Shown in pieces: positions 19,665 through 30,532 of a stretch of 64,000 bases of DNA. The notes below the pieces were generated by a model that saw only the letters and a program-made list of their open reading frames with translations, was not told the origin of the DNA and searched no databases. Made by a program: the position numbers and the translations under genes. Position 1 is the stretch's first letter, and each line of letters starts with the position of its first letter. The stretch lies in assembly GCA_963833985.1 (NCBI GenBank), contig CAWIAD010000001.1, positions 1,824,001 to 1,888,000 of the forward strand. Reading direction: 5' to 3'. This stretch comes from an uncultured Planctomycetaceae bacterium. Its GTDB lineage: Bacteria > Planctomycetota > Planctomycetia > Isosphaerales > Isosphaeraceae.

Positions 19665-20672
19665 TCACTCGGTTTTCACGGGTTTCAGGTCTCCATGGAA
19701 AAACGCCCAGAAATCCCGCTTCGATAGCACCCGGGGCGAGACCGTGGCGGCCCACCGGGTCATCAAGTTCCATTTTTCCTCGGCGCTGAGGTTGCCGCTG
19801 GTTTCCGATCCCGGGCCCTCGCCCCAGAAGATCATGGCACCCTCGACAGTCAGGACGAACAGGCCGCGCGGGTCGGTGATCACGATGGCCTTGATGCGCA
19901 GGGCCGGCGCCAGGGCGGCCTGGGCGGTACGGTCCGGGTGCTGGAAGAAACCCGCGAGCAGGGCGGCCGTGGCAACCGAGCGCGCCAGTCTTGGCCCTTC
20001 GAGCTCGGGGGCCGAGGACTTCCAGGGCAAGCCCGGGCGGTTCGCTGGTGAAGGCTGGTCGAGCCCTGCGCCCGTGATCGTGATCAGGGGGCCCAGCTTC
20101 TCGAGATCAATGTCCCCGAGCGGCAAGATGACCCCGTGGCGGTCCAGGACCACGAACTCTCCGCGCGGAAACGGGATCACGGCCACCGGCTGCTTGTAGA
20201 CGAGGGAGACGGCAACGCCCCCGGGCGGATACTCGACGCGCAGAACGTCCTCGACCCAGGGGAAGAGCCGGAAATCCCGATCAATCCGCTGCGGCTCCAG
20301 GGCCAGCAGGGGAAGGACTTCCGCTTCCTTGCACTGCTCCCTGACCTGGCGCAGGAACGCGGTGGCGCCGCCGCGGAACCAATCCGGCGGCGGATTGGAG
20401 AGCTCGATCTCATGGAACCGGAGCTGGTACTGAGGTTGCTGCTGGAGCCAGCGCATCGTTCCGCGCGCGGCCTGCGTGGCCAGGTAGAGGACGGCCCCCA
20501 CGATCGCCAGCAACAGGCCCAGCGCGATCACGACGCGCGGCAGATCGAGCTGGCGCTGGGTGCGTACAAAGTCGAAGCGCCGGCGCCGGGGACGCTGTTC
20601 CACGCCGTCGGCCACTCCGTCCCCCTGCGCGTCCTGCACAGCGATACGAGGTGGTTCGCGGTACGCCATCAT
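19665..20672 (-). CDS. ftsQ: FtsQ/DivIB-like bitopic membrane protein
   Basis: Basic N-terminus, single TM helix, POTRA-like PWVEDVLRVEYPPGGVAVSLVYKQPVA; lies downstream of murB. Confidence 0.65.
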   Translation of the reverse strand: MMAYREPPRIAVQDAQGDGVADGVEQRPRRRRFDFVRTQRQLDLPRVVIALGLLLAIVGAVLYLATQAARGTMRWLQQQPQYQLRFHEIELSNPPPDWFRGGATAFLRQVREQCKEAEVLPLLALEPQRIDRDFRLFPWVEDVLRVEYPPGGVAVSLVYKQPVAVIPFPRGEFVVLDRHGVILPLGDIDLEKLGPLITITGAGLDQPSPANRPGLPWKSSAPELEGPRLARSVATAALLAGFFQHPDRTAQAALAPALRIKAIVITDPRGLFVLTVEGAMIFWGEGPGSETSGNLSAEEKWNLMTRWAATVSPRVLSKRDFWAFFHGDLKPVKTE

Positions 20673-20678
20673 CCTTGG

Positions 20679-20935
20679 TCCCAATACCCTTAAAACAGAA
20701 TAAGTTGAGTGGAGGCAGCGATCGAGCCAGCGCTGCGGCTGGGAAATGCCTGGGACGCAGAGCGTCGATCGGGCCAGTGCTGCGGCTGGGAAATACCTGG
20801 GACGTAGTGAGTCCAGCCCGGTGTTCCCACGCAGAGCGTGGGAACAAGTTCGCCGCAAGCCTCTTACGCCCTTCGAGTTCCTCGTTCCCATGCTCCGCGT
20901 GGGAATGCCGTCCGCGGCGCTGGCCCAACGCACGC
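20679..20935. mobile_element. Degenerate, rearranged third copy of the MITE family
   Basis: CAATACCCTTAAAACAGAATAAGTTGAGTGGAGGCAG resembles the MITE end; 47-bp internal duplication (20720, 20767); TTCCCACGCAGAGCGTGGGAAC hairpin. Confidence 0.7.
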
Positions 20936-20957
20936 TCCGTCATGGAATCCTATCGGT

Positions 20958-21838
20958 TTACCAGACCTGGAGTTGCAGTTCCAGCTCATAGCCGAACTGT
21001 TGCCAGACGCGCTGCTGGATGTCGTCGATCAGGTGCAGGACGTCGGACGCCCTGGCGCCCGGGTGGACGAAGATGAAGTTCGGGTTGCGGTCGGAGACCT
21101 CGGCCCCGCCGAAGCGGGCTCCCTTGAGCCCGGCCTGATCGACCAGGGCGGTCGCGGAGATATCCGTCGTGGGGTTCCTGAAGATGCACCCCGAGGACTG
21201 GTGGCCATAGGGTTGGTTTTCTTTCTTGACGATCCAGATGCGCCGCATCCGCGCCACGACGGCCTCGGGCTCCTCACGCCGCAGCTCGAACTCCGCGGAG
21301 ACGATGACCGGTTCGTCAAGGTTGGACTCCAGATCGGCGAAGCTCAGATCATCGCGTTCCCGGACCTGGATCTCGCCGGCGTGGTCCAGCACCGTGGCCC
21401 GGCGGACGAACTGGCCGATGGCTCCCTGGCGGCTGCCGGCATTGCCGCGCAGGGCGCCGCCGACGGTACCTGGAATACCGGTCAGCACCTCCAGGCCGGA
21501 AAGGCCGGCACGGGCGCTCTGCGAGATCAAGGCCGTCAGCGGCACGGCCGTCCCCGCCGCGACCACGTTGCCGGTGATGCGGACGTCGGAAAAAAAGGGG
21601 CTTTCCAGGTGGATCACCAGGGCATTCACACCGCCGTCCTGCACCAGGACGTTGGAGCCGCCCCCCAGGATCTTCACCGGCAGCGATGCGTCCCGCGCAG
21701 CTTCAAGACAGCGAGCAGATCCTCGAGCGTCCGCGGCCTGGCGAAATAGGCGGCCGCCCCGCCGAGGCGAAACCAGATCAAGGGCGCCAGCGGCACGGCG
21801 GTGGTGACGACTTCCGGGAGATCGTCGAACGGCGGCAT
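20958..21838 (-). CDS. murB: UDP-N-acetylmuramate dehydrogenase MurB (frameshift near 21705)
   Basis: WFRLGGAA, LGGGSNVLV, GIPGTVGGALRGNAG, SSGCIFRNP, VSDRNPNF. Confidence 0.93.
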
Positions 21839-22316
21839 GGGCCAGACTCCCTGCTCACGGATTCGAAAGAATGCCCCGACAGCGGCACGCCGGCGCAGGC
21901 GGCTCCGGGTACGAGCCGGACTGAGAGAGCCAGAGCGAACCATTCCTCGCTCGCGCTCTCGCCGCTCTGACACCGTTTTGGCCGAGCGATCAAGGCCCGG
22001 CGGCGTGCTCGGCGTCAAGGGCCGCGGCTGACCTTGCCGGCATGCTTCGACTCGTTCCCGATCGGGATGGCGGACCCCGGTTCAAGACGGGCAGACCAGC
22101 GGAACCCGCCGGGCAATCTCAACGGACACGAAGCGGCCGATCTCTCCCCGCGAGAGCACGTTGCCGGAAACCGGCGTCATCGTAGCGGGATCGGACGAGC
22201 TCGTCAAGTCGGAGCACGCCTGCATGTTTAGCCACATCTTGCCACGGCCCCAGCACTTCGATTCAAGCGGCGTGCCCGCAGCCCGTGGCCAGAACACCCC
22301 GGCGCCCGGAGATCAA

Positions 22317-23048
22317 TCAGGGCTGGGCCACCTTGGCAATTTCCTGGGTGCGCCGGCCGTCCAGCTGCCAGCCGCCCCAGCCAGCGGAACGCCAGATCAT
22401 GGCCAGCGTGACGGGTGTCATGGGAGGTGCCGAGTTCTCGGAAGCGTCCGGCAAGCTGGTTGCCTTGCGCACCGTGTCCTCCTGGATACTCACCTGCGCG
22501 ACCACCTCGACCCAGTCCTGCCCGGGCTCCTTGGGCTTGAACGCGGTTTCGACCGCGAGCTTGTTGGTGCCGTTGAGATTCTTTCGCAGTGCGTCACACT
22601 GAGGCCGGAGTTCCACGTACCAGAGATCGACGTCCGTCTCCGTACCGTCGGCCGCAAGCTCCTTCACGGTTCGCAGATCGCCCTCGACCGTGGCCCTGGC
22701 CACCTTGACAACGCGGTCCTGAAGCGTCTCCTTCCGGCCCGCGCTGAAGAACCCGGCCAGGACGGCCCCAAGCAGCACGACCGCGGCCATCACCAGGGTG
22801 ACGGGAGAGAAGAGCCGCCGGGAAGCGCGATCAAACCACTGGTCGACCTTCTGGGTGGGGTCTGGATGGGCGTGGTGAGTGCCGGACGGGTGCGTCTGCC
22901 CCATCGTGGGCGGCTCGCCCAGTACCGATTTTCCGGACTGGGTCACGTGAAAGATCTTCAGGCATTTCCGGCAAACCAACCGCGTCAGAACCTTGTCGTT
23001 GGGAGCACGTCCTCCCGCGCCGCAAGCAGGGCAAGTGATTTCAATCAT
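22317..23048 (-). CDS. Zn-ribbon plus single-TM hypothetical protein
   Basis: CPAC...CRKC N-terminus and one hydrophobic helix. Confidence 0.7.
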   Translation of the reverse strand: MIEITCPACGAGGRAPNDKVLTRLVCRKCLKIFHVTQSGKSVLGEPPTMGQTHPSGTHHAHPDPTQKVDQWFDRASRRLFSPVTLVMAAVVLLGAVLAGFFSAGRKETLQDRVVKVARATVEGDLRTVKELAADGTETDVDLWYVELRPQCDALRKNLNGTNKLAVETAFKPKEPGQDWVEVVAQVSIQEDTVRKATSLPDASENSAPPMTPVTLAMIWRSAGWGGWQLDGRRTQEIAKVAQP

Positions 23049-23359
23049 GGGAGCTGCCCTCGTTGAAATGTCGCCGGCATCGTCCCTGGGTCGGGCTCGT
23101 GTTTCAAGGCGGGTGGTGTCCGGACCATGCGGTCAAGGCACGGAAGGCCCCGGACCGGACATGGCCGTCGCTGCGTCGAACCGGGTCAATGCCATCAAAG
23201 ACCAATCCTCTATTGCATTTCGCCTTGCATCTATAACAAATTACGATAATCTCTCGCAGTTGGGACCAGGATTCTCCGGCGGAGATCCGCAAAAACAAAT
23301 CCGGGAGAGCCGGATTCGCCGCAGCCCGGTTTCGTCCCTGTACGCGACAGGATGCCGGC

Positions 23360-25636
23360 GTGACTGCATTGATTCCCCGCCGGCTGCTCCATCCCGCATC
23401 CCTCGTCGCCGTTTTAACAGGGCTCATTCTTGGGGGATTGCTTGTTGGGTTCGAGCCCGTGGGCGGCGACCCCGACCGGCTCTATCGGCCCCTCAAGCTG
23501 GTGCTCGCGCGCTTCCTCGCCAGCGGAACGCTGCCATTCTGGAGCGACCGCTTCGGCCTGGGCATTCCACTTCTGGCCGAGAGCCACGTGGCGGCGTTCT
23601 ACCCCCTCAACTGGTTCCTGTACCGGCTCTTCAGCGTCTCCACGGCGTACCGGCTCGGGATGTGGACGCACCATGTCGCGCTCGCCCTCATGACCTATAC
23701 CTATGCGCGGTACCTCCAGGTTTCGCCCCGCGGCGCGATGATCTCCGCACTGGCGTTCGTGTTCTGCGGCTTCCAGGCCATCCACTCCACGCACGAGCCG
23801 TTCTACCTGGCCTTGCCGTATCTCGTTGCCATCCTCCTGGCGGGTGAGTGGTATGTCCGGGAGGGCCGCCGCTCGGGGGTCTTGCTGCTGGCCGTTCTGT
23901 GGGGCTGCCAGTTGACGCTCGGCCACTTTCAATTGCAGTTCTGGACCGCCGCGCTGGTCGTGGCGATTGGAACCTGGAGGATTGTCGCGGACGGACGTCC
24001 CTGGAGCAGGCTCGCCGGCCTGGTGCTGGCCCTGTGCTGGGGCGCCGCGCTGGCAAGCGTGCAACTGGCGGCGAGCTGGGAACTGGCACGGTTTGTCGGG
24101 TTCACGCGCCGGCCCTTCGCGGAGCTGGCATTCTTCGCCTTTCCGCCGTCGCACTGGGCCGAGCTGGCCATTCCCGCCATGGTGCGCGGGATCCCGGGGG
24201 GCGGTGAGGCCCCCTACTGGTACGCGCAGGGAACCTCCGGTTTTGAAGCCTGCTTCTATATTGGTACGCTCCCCCTGCTGCTTGCCCTCGTGGCGGTTGC
24301 GGCAGGCCGGCGCGGCGGGCGGCTCGCTCCCTGGGGCTGGATCATCGCGGTCACGGTGCTGCTGGCCATGCTGCCCCGCGCCTGGCCGCAGGCGTACGCC
24401 TGGCTGCTCGAGGTACCCGGCCTGGGCTGGTTCCGGGCGCCCGGGCGCTATGTCCTGATCTCCAGCCTCGGCCTCAGCCTGTTTGCCGGGGCCGGGCTCG
24501 ACCGTGCGGCCGAGCCGGTGCCAATCCGGCGCGGCATGGCCCTCGCCTGGACCTGCGCGCTGGCGGCCATGGCCTGGACGGCTTACTGGTCGCTCCGGCC
24601 CGAGCACCAGCGCATCCTGGGCGGCACGCGGCTCCTGCTCGTGATCGCGATGGCCGCGTTTTGCTGGGTCGGTGCTTCGGTGCTCTTGCTCGCCTGGCGC
24701 CGGGGGCGGATCGGCTTCTGGCTGCTCTTGCTGGCCACGGCCGCCGAGCTGGGAGTCCTCTACTACACTTCGACGACGGTCTGGGGCTGGGCGGTCCATC
24801 TCCCGGAAGAGAGCGCGGTGCTGGCCCGGCTGGCGGCTGAACCGGACGGCGCTCGGGTCGCGGGCCTCGTCCACAACCTTCCGGTATTCGCCGGCGCCAC
24901 TCCTCTGTTCCCCTACACGGGCCTGGCCGCCCCGCCGCCCCACCCCGAGCTCGAGCTGGCCACGCGCCGGTCGGACGCCTTCTCGGCGGCCGGCGCGGCC
25001 AGGCTGGCGCGCTACGGCACGACCCACGGCATCTGGGATGGCCCGGTCGATCCCTCGAAGGCGGAGATCCTGCTGGAATCTGAGGATTCCGTGCTCGACC
25101 GCGTGGTCTACAAGCCACCGGGCGCTCCCGCCCACCCGCGCTGGAGACTGGTGCGCTATGCCGATCCCTTTCCCACGGCCCGCGCGGCCATCCGGGTTCG
25201 CACGGCTCCTTCCGAGCGTGCCCTGGTTTCGGGGGTGAGCTTTGACCAGGACCGCCAGGCGGTGTGGTATCGCGCCGGCGATCAGCCTCCGCCCGCCCCC
25301 GGGCCGCTGGCCACGACCGCCAGCGTGCTCTCGTGGGATGGCCGCACGGCCGTCGTGGAGCATGACGGGACCTGCGACCTGGTGATCCACCGGACGTATT
25401 ACCCCGGCTGGATGGCCTCGGTGAACGGCCTGGCGGAGCGCCCGGTTGCGCGCGCCGAGCTGGGTGTGCAGTCGGTCCGGCTGGAAGGCCGCGGGCCAAG
25501 CCGCGTCGATTTCGTGTACCGACCCACCGGCCTGCGTGTCTCCTCGGCGATCGCGCTGGCAGCCGGCGCGATGATTTTCCTGTTCGCCGGGTTCGAGGCC
25601 TTCCTGCTGGCAAGGCGGCGCGCCTCGCGCCGATAG
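23360..25636 (+). CDS. YfhO-like polytopic membrane protein (GT-C glycosyltransferase-like)
   Basis: LPFWSDRFGLGIPLLAESHVAAFYPLNW, GHFQ, FRAPGRY, TYYPGWMASVNG motifs; many TM helices. Confidence 0.8.
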   Translation: MTALIPRRLLHPASLVAVLTGLILGGLLVGFEPVGGDPDRLYRPLKLVLARFLASGTLPFWSDRFGLGIPLLAESHVAAFYPLNWFLYRLFSVSTAYRLGMWTHHVALALMTYTYARYLQVSPRGAMISALAFVFCGFQAIHSTHEPFYLALPYLVAILLAGEWYVREGRRSGVLLLAVLWGCQLTLGHFQLQFWTAALVVAIGTWRIVADGRPWSRLAGLVLALCWGAALASVQLAASWELARFVGFTRRPFAELAFFAFPPSHWAELAIPAMVRGIPGGGEAPYWYAQGTSGFEACFYIGTLPLLLALVAVAAGRRGGRLAPWGWIIAVTVLLAMLPRAWPQAYAWLLEVPGLGWFRAPGRYVLISSLGLSLFAGAGLDRAAEPVPIRRGMALAWTCALAAMAWTAYWSLRPEHQRILGGTRLLLVIAMAAFCWVGASVLLLAWRRGRIGFWLLLLATAAELGVLYYTSTTVWGWAVHLPEESAVLARLAAEPDGARVAGLVHNLPVFAGATPLFPYTGLAAPPPHPELELATRRSDAFSAAGAARLARYGTTHGIWDGPVDPSKAEILLESEDSVLDRVVYKPPGAPAHPRWRLVRYADPFPTARAAIRVRTAPSERALVSGVSFDQDRQAVWYRAGDQPPPAPGPLATTASVLSWDGRTAVVEHDGTCDLVIHRTYYPGWMASVNGLAERPVARAELGVQSVRLEGRGPSRVDFVYRPTGLRVSSAIALAAGAMIFLFAGFEAFLLARRRASRR

Positions 25637-25670
25637 AGCCACGCTCAAAAGACGCATTCAGGGCAGCAGG

Positions 25671-26549
25671 TCAGAGCTCATCCAGACCCGCGAAGCCCTC
25701 GGGCTTCTTGCCGTCCAGCCGGGTCCGGCAGCCTTCGATCTGGCCATCGATTTGCTCGCCTCCCTTGCCGATGTACCTGGTCTTCTTTCGTTCTTCTTCG
25801 ACTCTGGAAAGGACTCTCGCGGCTTCCTCGGGGTGTCTCAGGTCGCACAGGACCTGACACAGGTTGCAGCCGAGGATGAGGTTGCTCGGCTGCTGTCTGT
25901 AAAGCTCCCGGAGCATCGTCAGCGCCTCTTCAGGACGGCCCGACCGGTAGTGGATCAAGACCCTGGTCATCTCACAGGTATGCCGGTCGTAACCGCGGCT
26001 GCTGGCCTCTTGCATCATACTCGTCGCGTCGTCCCATTCTTCGCGGAGCAAGTGCACGATGCCCTTGGCGTAAGCGCGCGGGCCGCTCATCCCCCTGGCG
26101 TCGATCGCCTCCTGGATATCGGCCAGCGCTCCCTCGCGATCGCCGGCATTGGCCTTCTCGAGTGCGCGGATCATGGCCCGGTCGTAGGTGCGGAGGATTT
26201 TGATGCCAATCCAGAGCAAGTACAGGGCAACCGGCGTCAGGACCAGCACCACGATCATCCAGCCCGGGAGGGCGGACGGAGGGCGGGCGACGCGCGCGGC
26301 ATGTGGCGGGCGTCTCGCGAGCAGGAGCCAGACCAGGCCAAGAACCGCGAGGAAAGCGACGATGAAGCGGCCTCGAATCATGACCGGAGCGGTTGCGGCG
26401 CCCTTGCCTGAGATGGGTTTCGACGTCGCCGCCCGCCGCGCGGCCTTCCGCTTCTCCCACCAGTAGGAGAACGCCACCAGGACCAGCAGGATGACCGCCA
26501 TCACCATTGCGACCTGCCTGACATCTCCTGGATCGCGCTGCATTTCCAT
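25671..26549 (-). CDS. Membrane protein with C-terminal TPR-like repeats
   Basis: Three TM segments followed by TPR-like helical pairs. Confidence 0.7.
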   Translation of the reverse strand: MEMQRDPGDVRQVAMVMAVILLVLVAFSYWWEKRKAARRAATSKPISGKGAATAPVMIRGRFIVAFLAVLGLVWLLLARRPPHAARVARPPSALPGWMIVVLVLTPVALYLLWIGIKILRTYDRAMIRALEKANAGDREGALADIQEAIDARGMSGPRAYAKGIVHLLREEWDDATSMMQEASSRGYDRHTCEMTRVLIHYRSGRPEEALTMLRELYRQQPSNLILGCNLCQVLCDLRHPEEAARVLSRVEEERKKTRYIGKGGEQIDGQIEGCRTRLDGKKPEGFAGLDEL

Positions 26550-26574
26550 TGCTCCTCGGCAATACGGATCGGAT

Positions 26575-29275
26575 TCAGGCAGCCTGTTGTCGCTTCGGTA
26601 TCAGAAGATCGAGCAGGAACACGCCGGATCCCAGCACCAGGCAGGCTCCGTGTTCCCCGAGCCCGAAGCCGGACCCGGGGACCGTCAGTCCCAGCTCAGC
26701 GCCCGCCAGGGCAATGCCCGCTCCAAGCAGAGCCAGGAAGCCCGTCCGCTTGCGTGTCGACCGCAGCGAGAGCAGCAGGATCATGGCCGCGCCGGCCAGG
26801 CTCATCCCGCGAACCGTCTGCCATGGTCCCGCCGGCAGCCAGTCCAGCTCGAGCGGCTCCTGCAAACGCCGCCAGTCGATCGGAATCTTCCAGCGCAGCT
26901 CCAGCAAGATCTTCGGGTCGGCCGAGACCGAAGCCCTGTGCCAGACCTGCCGCACGTGCTCGGCCTGTTCCCGCACCTGGCCAGCGGTGATGATGCCCCG
27001 GGCGTCGAGCCAGACAGCGAGGAGTCCCAGCAAGGCGGCCGCCATCAGGAACCTGAGGCCGCGGCCCAGCACCAGGCCGGCCCAGGCGTCGATGCGGCGA
27101 AGGAATGTGCCGGGCCGCGGTTCGTGCGGCTCGAGGACCGGCTCGGGTTGCCGCGCGGCATGCTTCAGCCGGTCCAGCAGTGGCGGACCCGGGCCGCTCG
27201 CCTGGTCCGCTCCCGCGCCGAGAAGTTGCTGCTCCTCTCTCCACTGCACGATGGTGAGCATCATGGCCTTGGCCACGCGCTGAGCCCTGCGGCGGGCCGT
27301 GAGCAGGTTCAGCCCGCCGGCCTCCAGCCTTTGCTCCTCGACCCATTGCACGAGCCGGGCGTGATGCCGATCGCGACGCGCCTCGAGGCACCGCTCCAGG
27401 AACCGGCAAAACGCCTCGCCCGGGCTGCCCCGCGCCAGAACGCAAGGCCGGTGGCCGGTTGCTGGCGGTACGGTCCGGAAGGGCCATTGGCCTCTGGACC
27501 GAAGAGACGTTCCAGAAGCTGACGCCGGCAGGCGCCTGCCTGGCGCGACACCTCGGCGCGGAGTGCCACCTCGTCGTGGCCGCGAATCCGCAACAACCTG
27601 ATCTGTTCAGCCAGAGGCGCAAGCCGCTGTGCGCGCTCGGCCGCCAGCGGCCGATCCAGGAAATGCAGAAACGCCCCGGCCAGGCCGGCAACACAGATCA
27701 GCAGGAACCAGGGAAACGGCCCGCCCCAGACGGACCAGGCCCAGAGCAACCCCGCGGCCGCCAGCAGCGAGATGGTCGCGCCGCGCGGCCCCAGCGCCGG
27801 CAGCAGCTCGCTCGCCAGGCGGAGCCAGGGGGCACCCTGCACGACGGCCGAGGCGGTCAGCGTCACGATGGCGGTCACGGCGCCGAAGCCAAGAATCCCC
27901 AGCGCCGGCCCGCCGAGACCCAGGCCAAAGTGCAGCAGGGCACTCAAACTGCCCAAGACCGCTGCGCTCAGGACAACGACCCAGGTGCGCAGCCGCCGGC
28001 GCGGCGAAGAGACCAGGTCGCGTGCGGCCTGCTGGACGGCCTGGCCCAGGTCCTGGAGCTGATCGGCGGCCTGCTGGGTCCGCAGGCCAAGAGCCGTTTC
28101 CAGGACGTCGATCACGACGGCCATGCTGGGATAACGCTCCTGGACGCGCTTGCCCATCATCGTGCGGATCACATCCGAGAGGGCCGCCGGCAGGGCGGGA
28201 ACGTACTCGCGGGGCGGCACCGGCTCTTCCTCGCTGTGCCGGCGCATCAGCTCGACGGCGTTCTCCCCGGGGAACGGTAAGCGGCCGGTCACGAGCTGGT
28301 AGAATGTGACCCCCAGCGCGTAGACATCCGCGCGCGCATCGCTCGCCAAGAGATCAGACGCCTGCTCGGGTGCCATGTAGGCGGGCGTCCCGGCCGCGGG
28401 ATGGATGCGGGCGGAGGCGTCGCTCCCGTCGGCCCTGGCCGCGCCCGCGGACCTGCGCTCGCCCCGGCGAGCGTTCTCGCGCGCCTCCAGTGCCGCGGCC
28501 AGCGAGGGCGTCATCTCCAGGCCCAGGTCATCGACCAGCACCCGTCCGTCAGCGCCGAGGAGCAGGTTCGCCGGCTTGACGTCGCGGTGGCAAAGACCCT
28601 GGCGGTGGGCGGCGGCCAGCCCGCGGGCGGCCTGGAGCACCATCACACCGGCCAGGTGAGGGCTCAGTGCCCGCCGCGACTCCAGCGCCTCGGCGGCCGA
28701 CCTGCCAGCGACGTGAACCAGGGCGGCGTGCTGAACACCCTGACCGCCGCCCAGCGCTTGCAGTGGCACCAGGTTCGGGTGCCCGACCTGGGACGCCGCC
28801 AGCGCCTCGCGCGTGGAATGGGCCAGGAAGATGGGGTCGGCCGCTCGCTCCACCGCAAGCAGCTTGATCACCGACCGCCCAGCCAGGGCGAGCCGTTGCG
28901 CCAGCACCACGCGCCGCGCGGTCCGTGGCCCATGAGCCTGAGAACCACGTAGCCTGCGAGCAGCCTGGGGATGCCGGACGGCAAGGGCGCTGGCCGCATT
29001 GACGGTGCTTCGACCTCTCCGGGCGACACGGGCCAGTCCGTGCCCGCGTTGTCCGGCGCGGCCGCCGCCGGCGCCGGTCCCGGTGCCGGGGTCCCGAGGG
29101 GCACGGGAATGGCGACCAGGCTGTCTTGCAGGCCGCTCACGAGGGGTGCGGCCCCTGCCTCCGGGACAATGATCTGAAACGGCCGTTCGCACCGCGGGCA
29201 CATGGGCGTGAACCGTCCCGGCCGCAGGTCCACGACCCGGATCGGATGCCGGCAGACGGGACAGTCGATGAGCAC
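26575..29275 (-). CDS. Membrane Ser/Thr protein kinase with N-terminal Zn ribbon (frameshifts near 28915 and 27430)
   Basis: CPVC...CPRC; HRDVKPANLL, DDLGL, GTPAYMAPE, DVYALG; two blocks of TM helices. Split over three ORFs. Confidence 0.85.
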
Positions 29276-29318
29276 GAGGTCGATCTCCGGCGGGGAATCC
29301 GTGAGCCGTGTCGCCGGC

Positions 29319-30392
29319 TCAGGATCCCCACGTGCCCTCCACCATCGTATGATCGCGCGCTGAGCGGACCGCGGCCTCGAGCACCCGCACGACCTCGCGG
29401 GCCTCCTCCGCGGTGACCGCCAGCGGTTCGCCGTGCAGGAGATGCCCGGCAATGTTGGCGTAGTACCGGTCCCAGTGCCCGCGGACAGACGGAATGCGCG
29501 TTTCGACGACCTCGCCCGACGGATCGGCCGTGCGCAGGATCCCCTGATGGCTCTCGGGCTCCCGGGCCGCGTCGATGTCGCCGTTCCGCATCGCGTCTTC
29601 CTGAGGGTCGATGCCAAATTTCACGAAACCGCCGGCGCTGCCCACGATCCACCACCTCGGCCGGTCGATCCGGCAGACCCGGCTGGTCTCGGCCTGGAAG
29701 AGGGTGCCGTCGAACTCCATGACGATCCGCCCGTGGCCCCCGCTGTCGATCCCTTCCCAGGGGCCTTCCAGTACCCAGGCCGCCAGCCGGCGGCACGGTC
29801 CCAGGCCAAGCTGGAGCGCATGGTCGACCAGGTGCGCGCCCCAGTCGTGCAGGATGGTCCCGCCCTGTTCGACCGACCCGCGCCACGAGCGGGGCCTGGA
29901 ATGCCGGCAGACCGAGCTCTCGAAGAGCAGGGGCCGGCCCATGATCCCCTGCGCCAGCAGCTCCTTGATGGTCAGGAAGTCCCAATCCCAGCGCCTGTTG
30001 TGGAACACCGAGAGCATCTTTCCCGAGCGGTCGCGCGCCGCGATCATGGCGTCGGCCTCGGCGCTTGACAGCGCCATGACCTTGTCGACGACGCAATGCC
30101 GGCCGGCGTCGAGCGTGCGGACGGCCAACTCGGCATGCGAATCGTGCGGCGTGGCGATCACCACCAGCGCCGTGGCCGGATCGGCGAGGGCCGCATCCAG
30201 GCTGGCGAAGCCCTGAACCTCCCAGAGCCGCTCGGCCTCGGCCCGAACCGTGGGATCGCGCGCGACAATCCCGTGCAACTTCAGCTCCGGCTGGCGGCGG
30301 ATCAGGGGGCAGTGAAACTCCCGCCCAGCCAGCCCATGCCCGACCACGACCGTTGAAATCATCGTCCTGGCTCCTGACGGAGTAGCCCTCAT
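29319..30392 (-). CDS. Gfo/Idh/MocA-family oxidoreductase
   Basis: VVGHGLAG, ATPHDSH, VVDK, FHNRRWD, DWGAHLVD. Confidence 0.92.
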   Translation of the reverse strand: MRATPSGARTMISTVVVGHGLAGREFHCPLIRRQPELKLHGIVARDPTVRAEAERLWEVQGFASLDAALADPATALVVIATPHDSHAELAVRTLDAGRHCVVDKVMALSSAEADAMIAARDRSGKMLSVFHNRRWDWDFLTIKELLAQGIMGRPLLFESSVCRHSRPRSWRGSVEQGGTILHDWGAHLVDHALQLGLGPCRRLAAWVLEGPWEGIDSGGHGRIVMEFDGTLFQAETSRVCRIDRPRWWIVGSAGGFVKFGIDPQEDAMRNGDIDAAREPESHQGILRTADPSGEVVETRIPSVRGHWDRYYANIAGHLLHGEPLAVTAEEAREVVRVLEAAVRSARDHTMVEGTWGS

Positions 30393-30532
30393 GCCGCTCT
30401 TCCGAGCATACGCGAGGCGGTCCTCGGTTGCATGTCGTCTTTGAATCCGGGCCCCTTGCCACAGGAGCCAGTGTGTCGTACCCTGAGCAGGGCGTCTTCA
30501 GCAGGTGCTTGCTGGTTTGCGTGGAGCCACGA

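Noticed and set aside
20958..21838. murB and other split genes as true pseudogenes
   Set aside because: Isolated indels with no further decay in conserved genes fit sequencing error better.
23414..25657. Long antisense ORFs (e.g. 23414-25657, 17598-19292, 46470-48467, 52221-53735)
   Set aside because: Shadow ORFs opposite well-supported genes, expected in high-GC DNA; no protein motifs.
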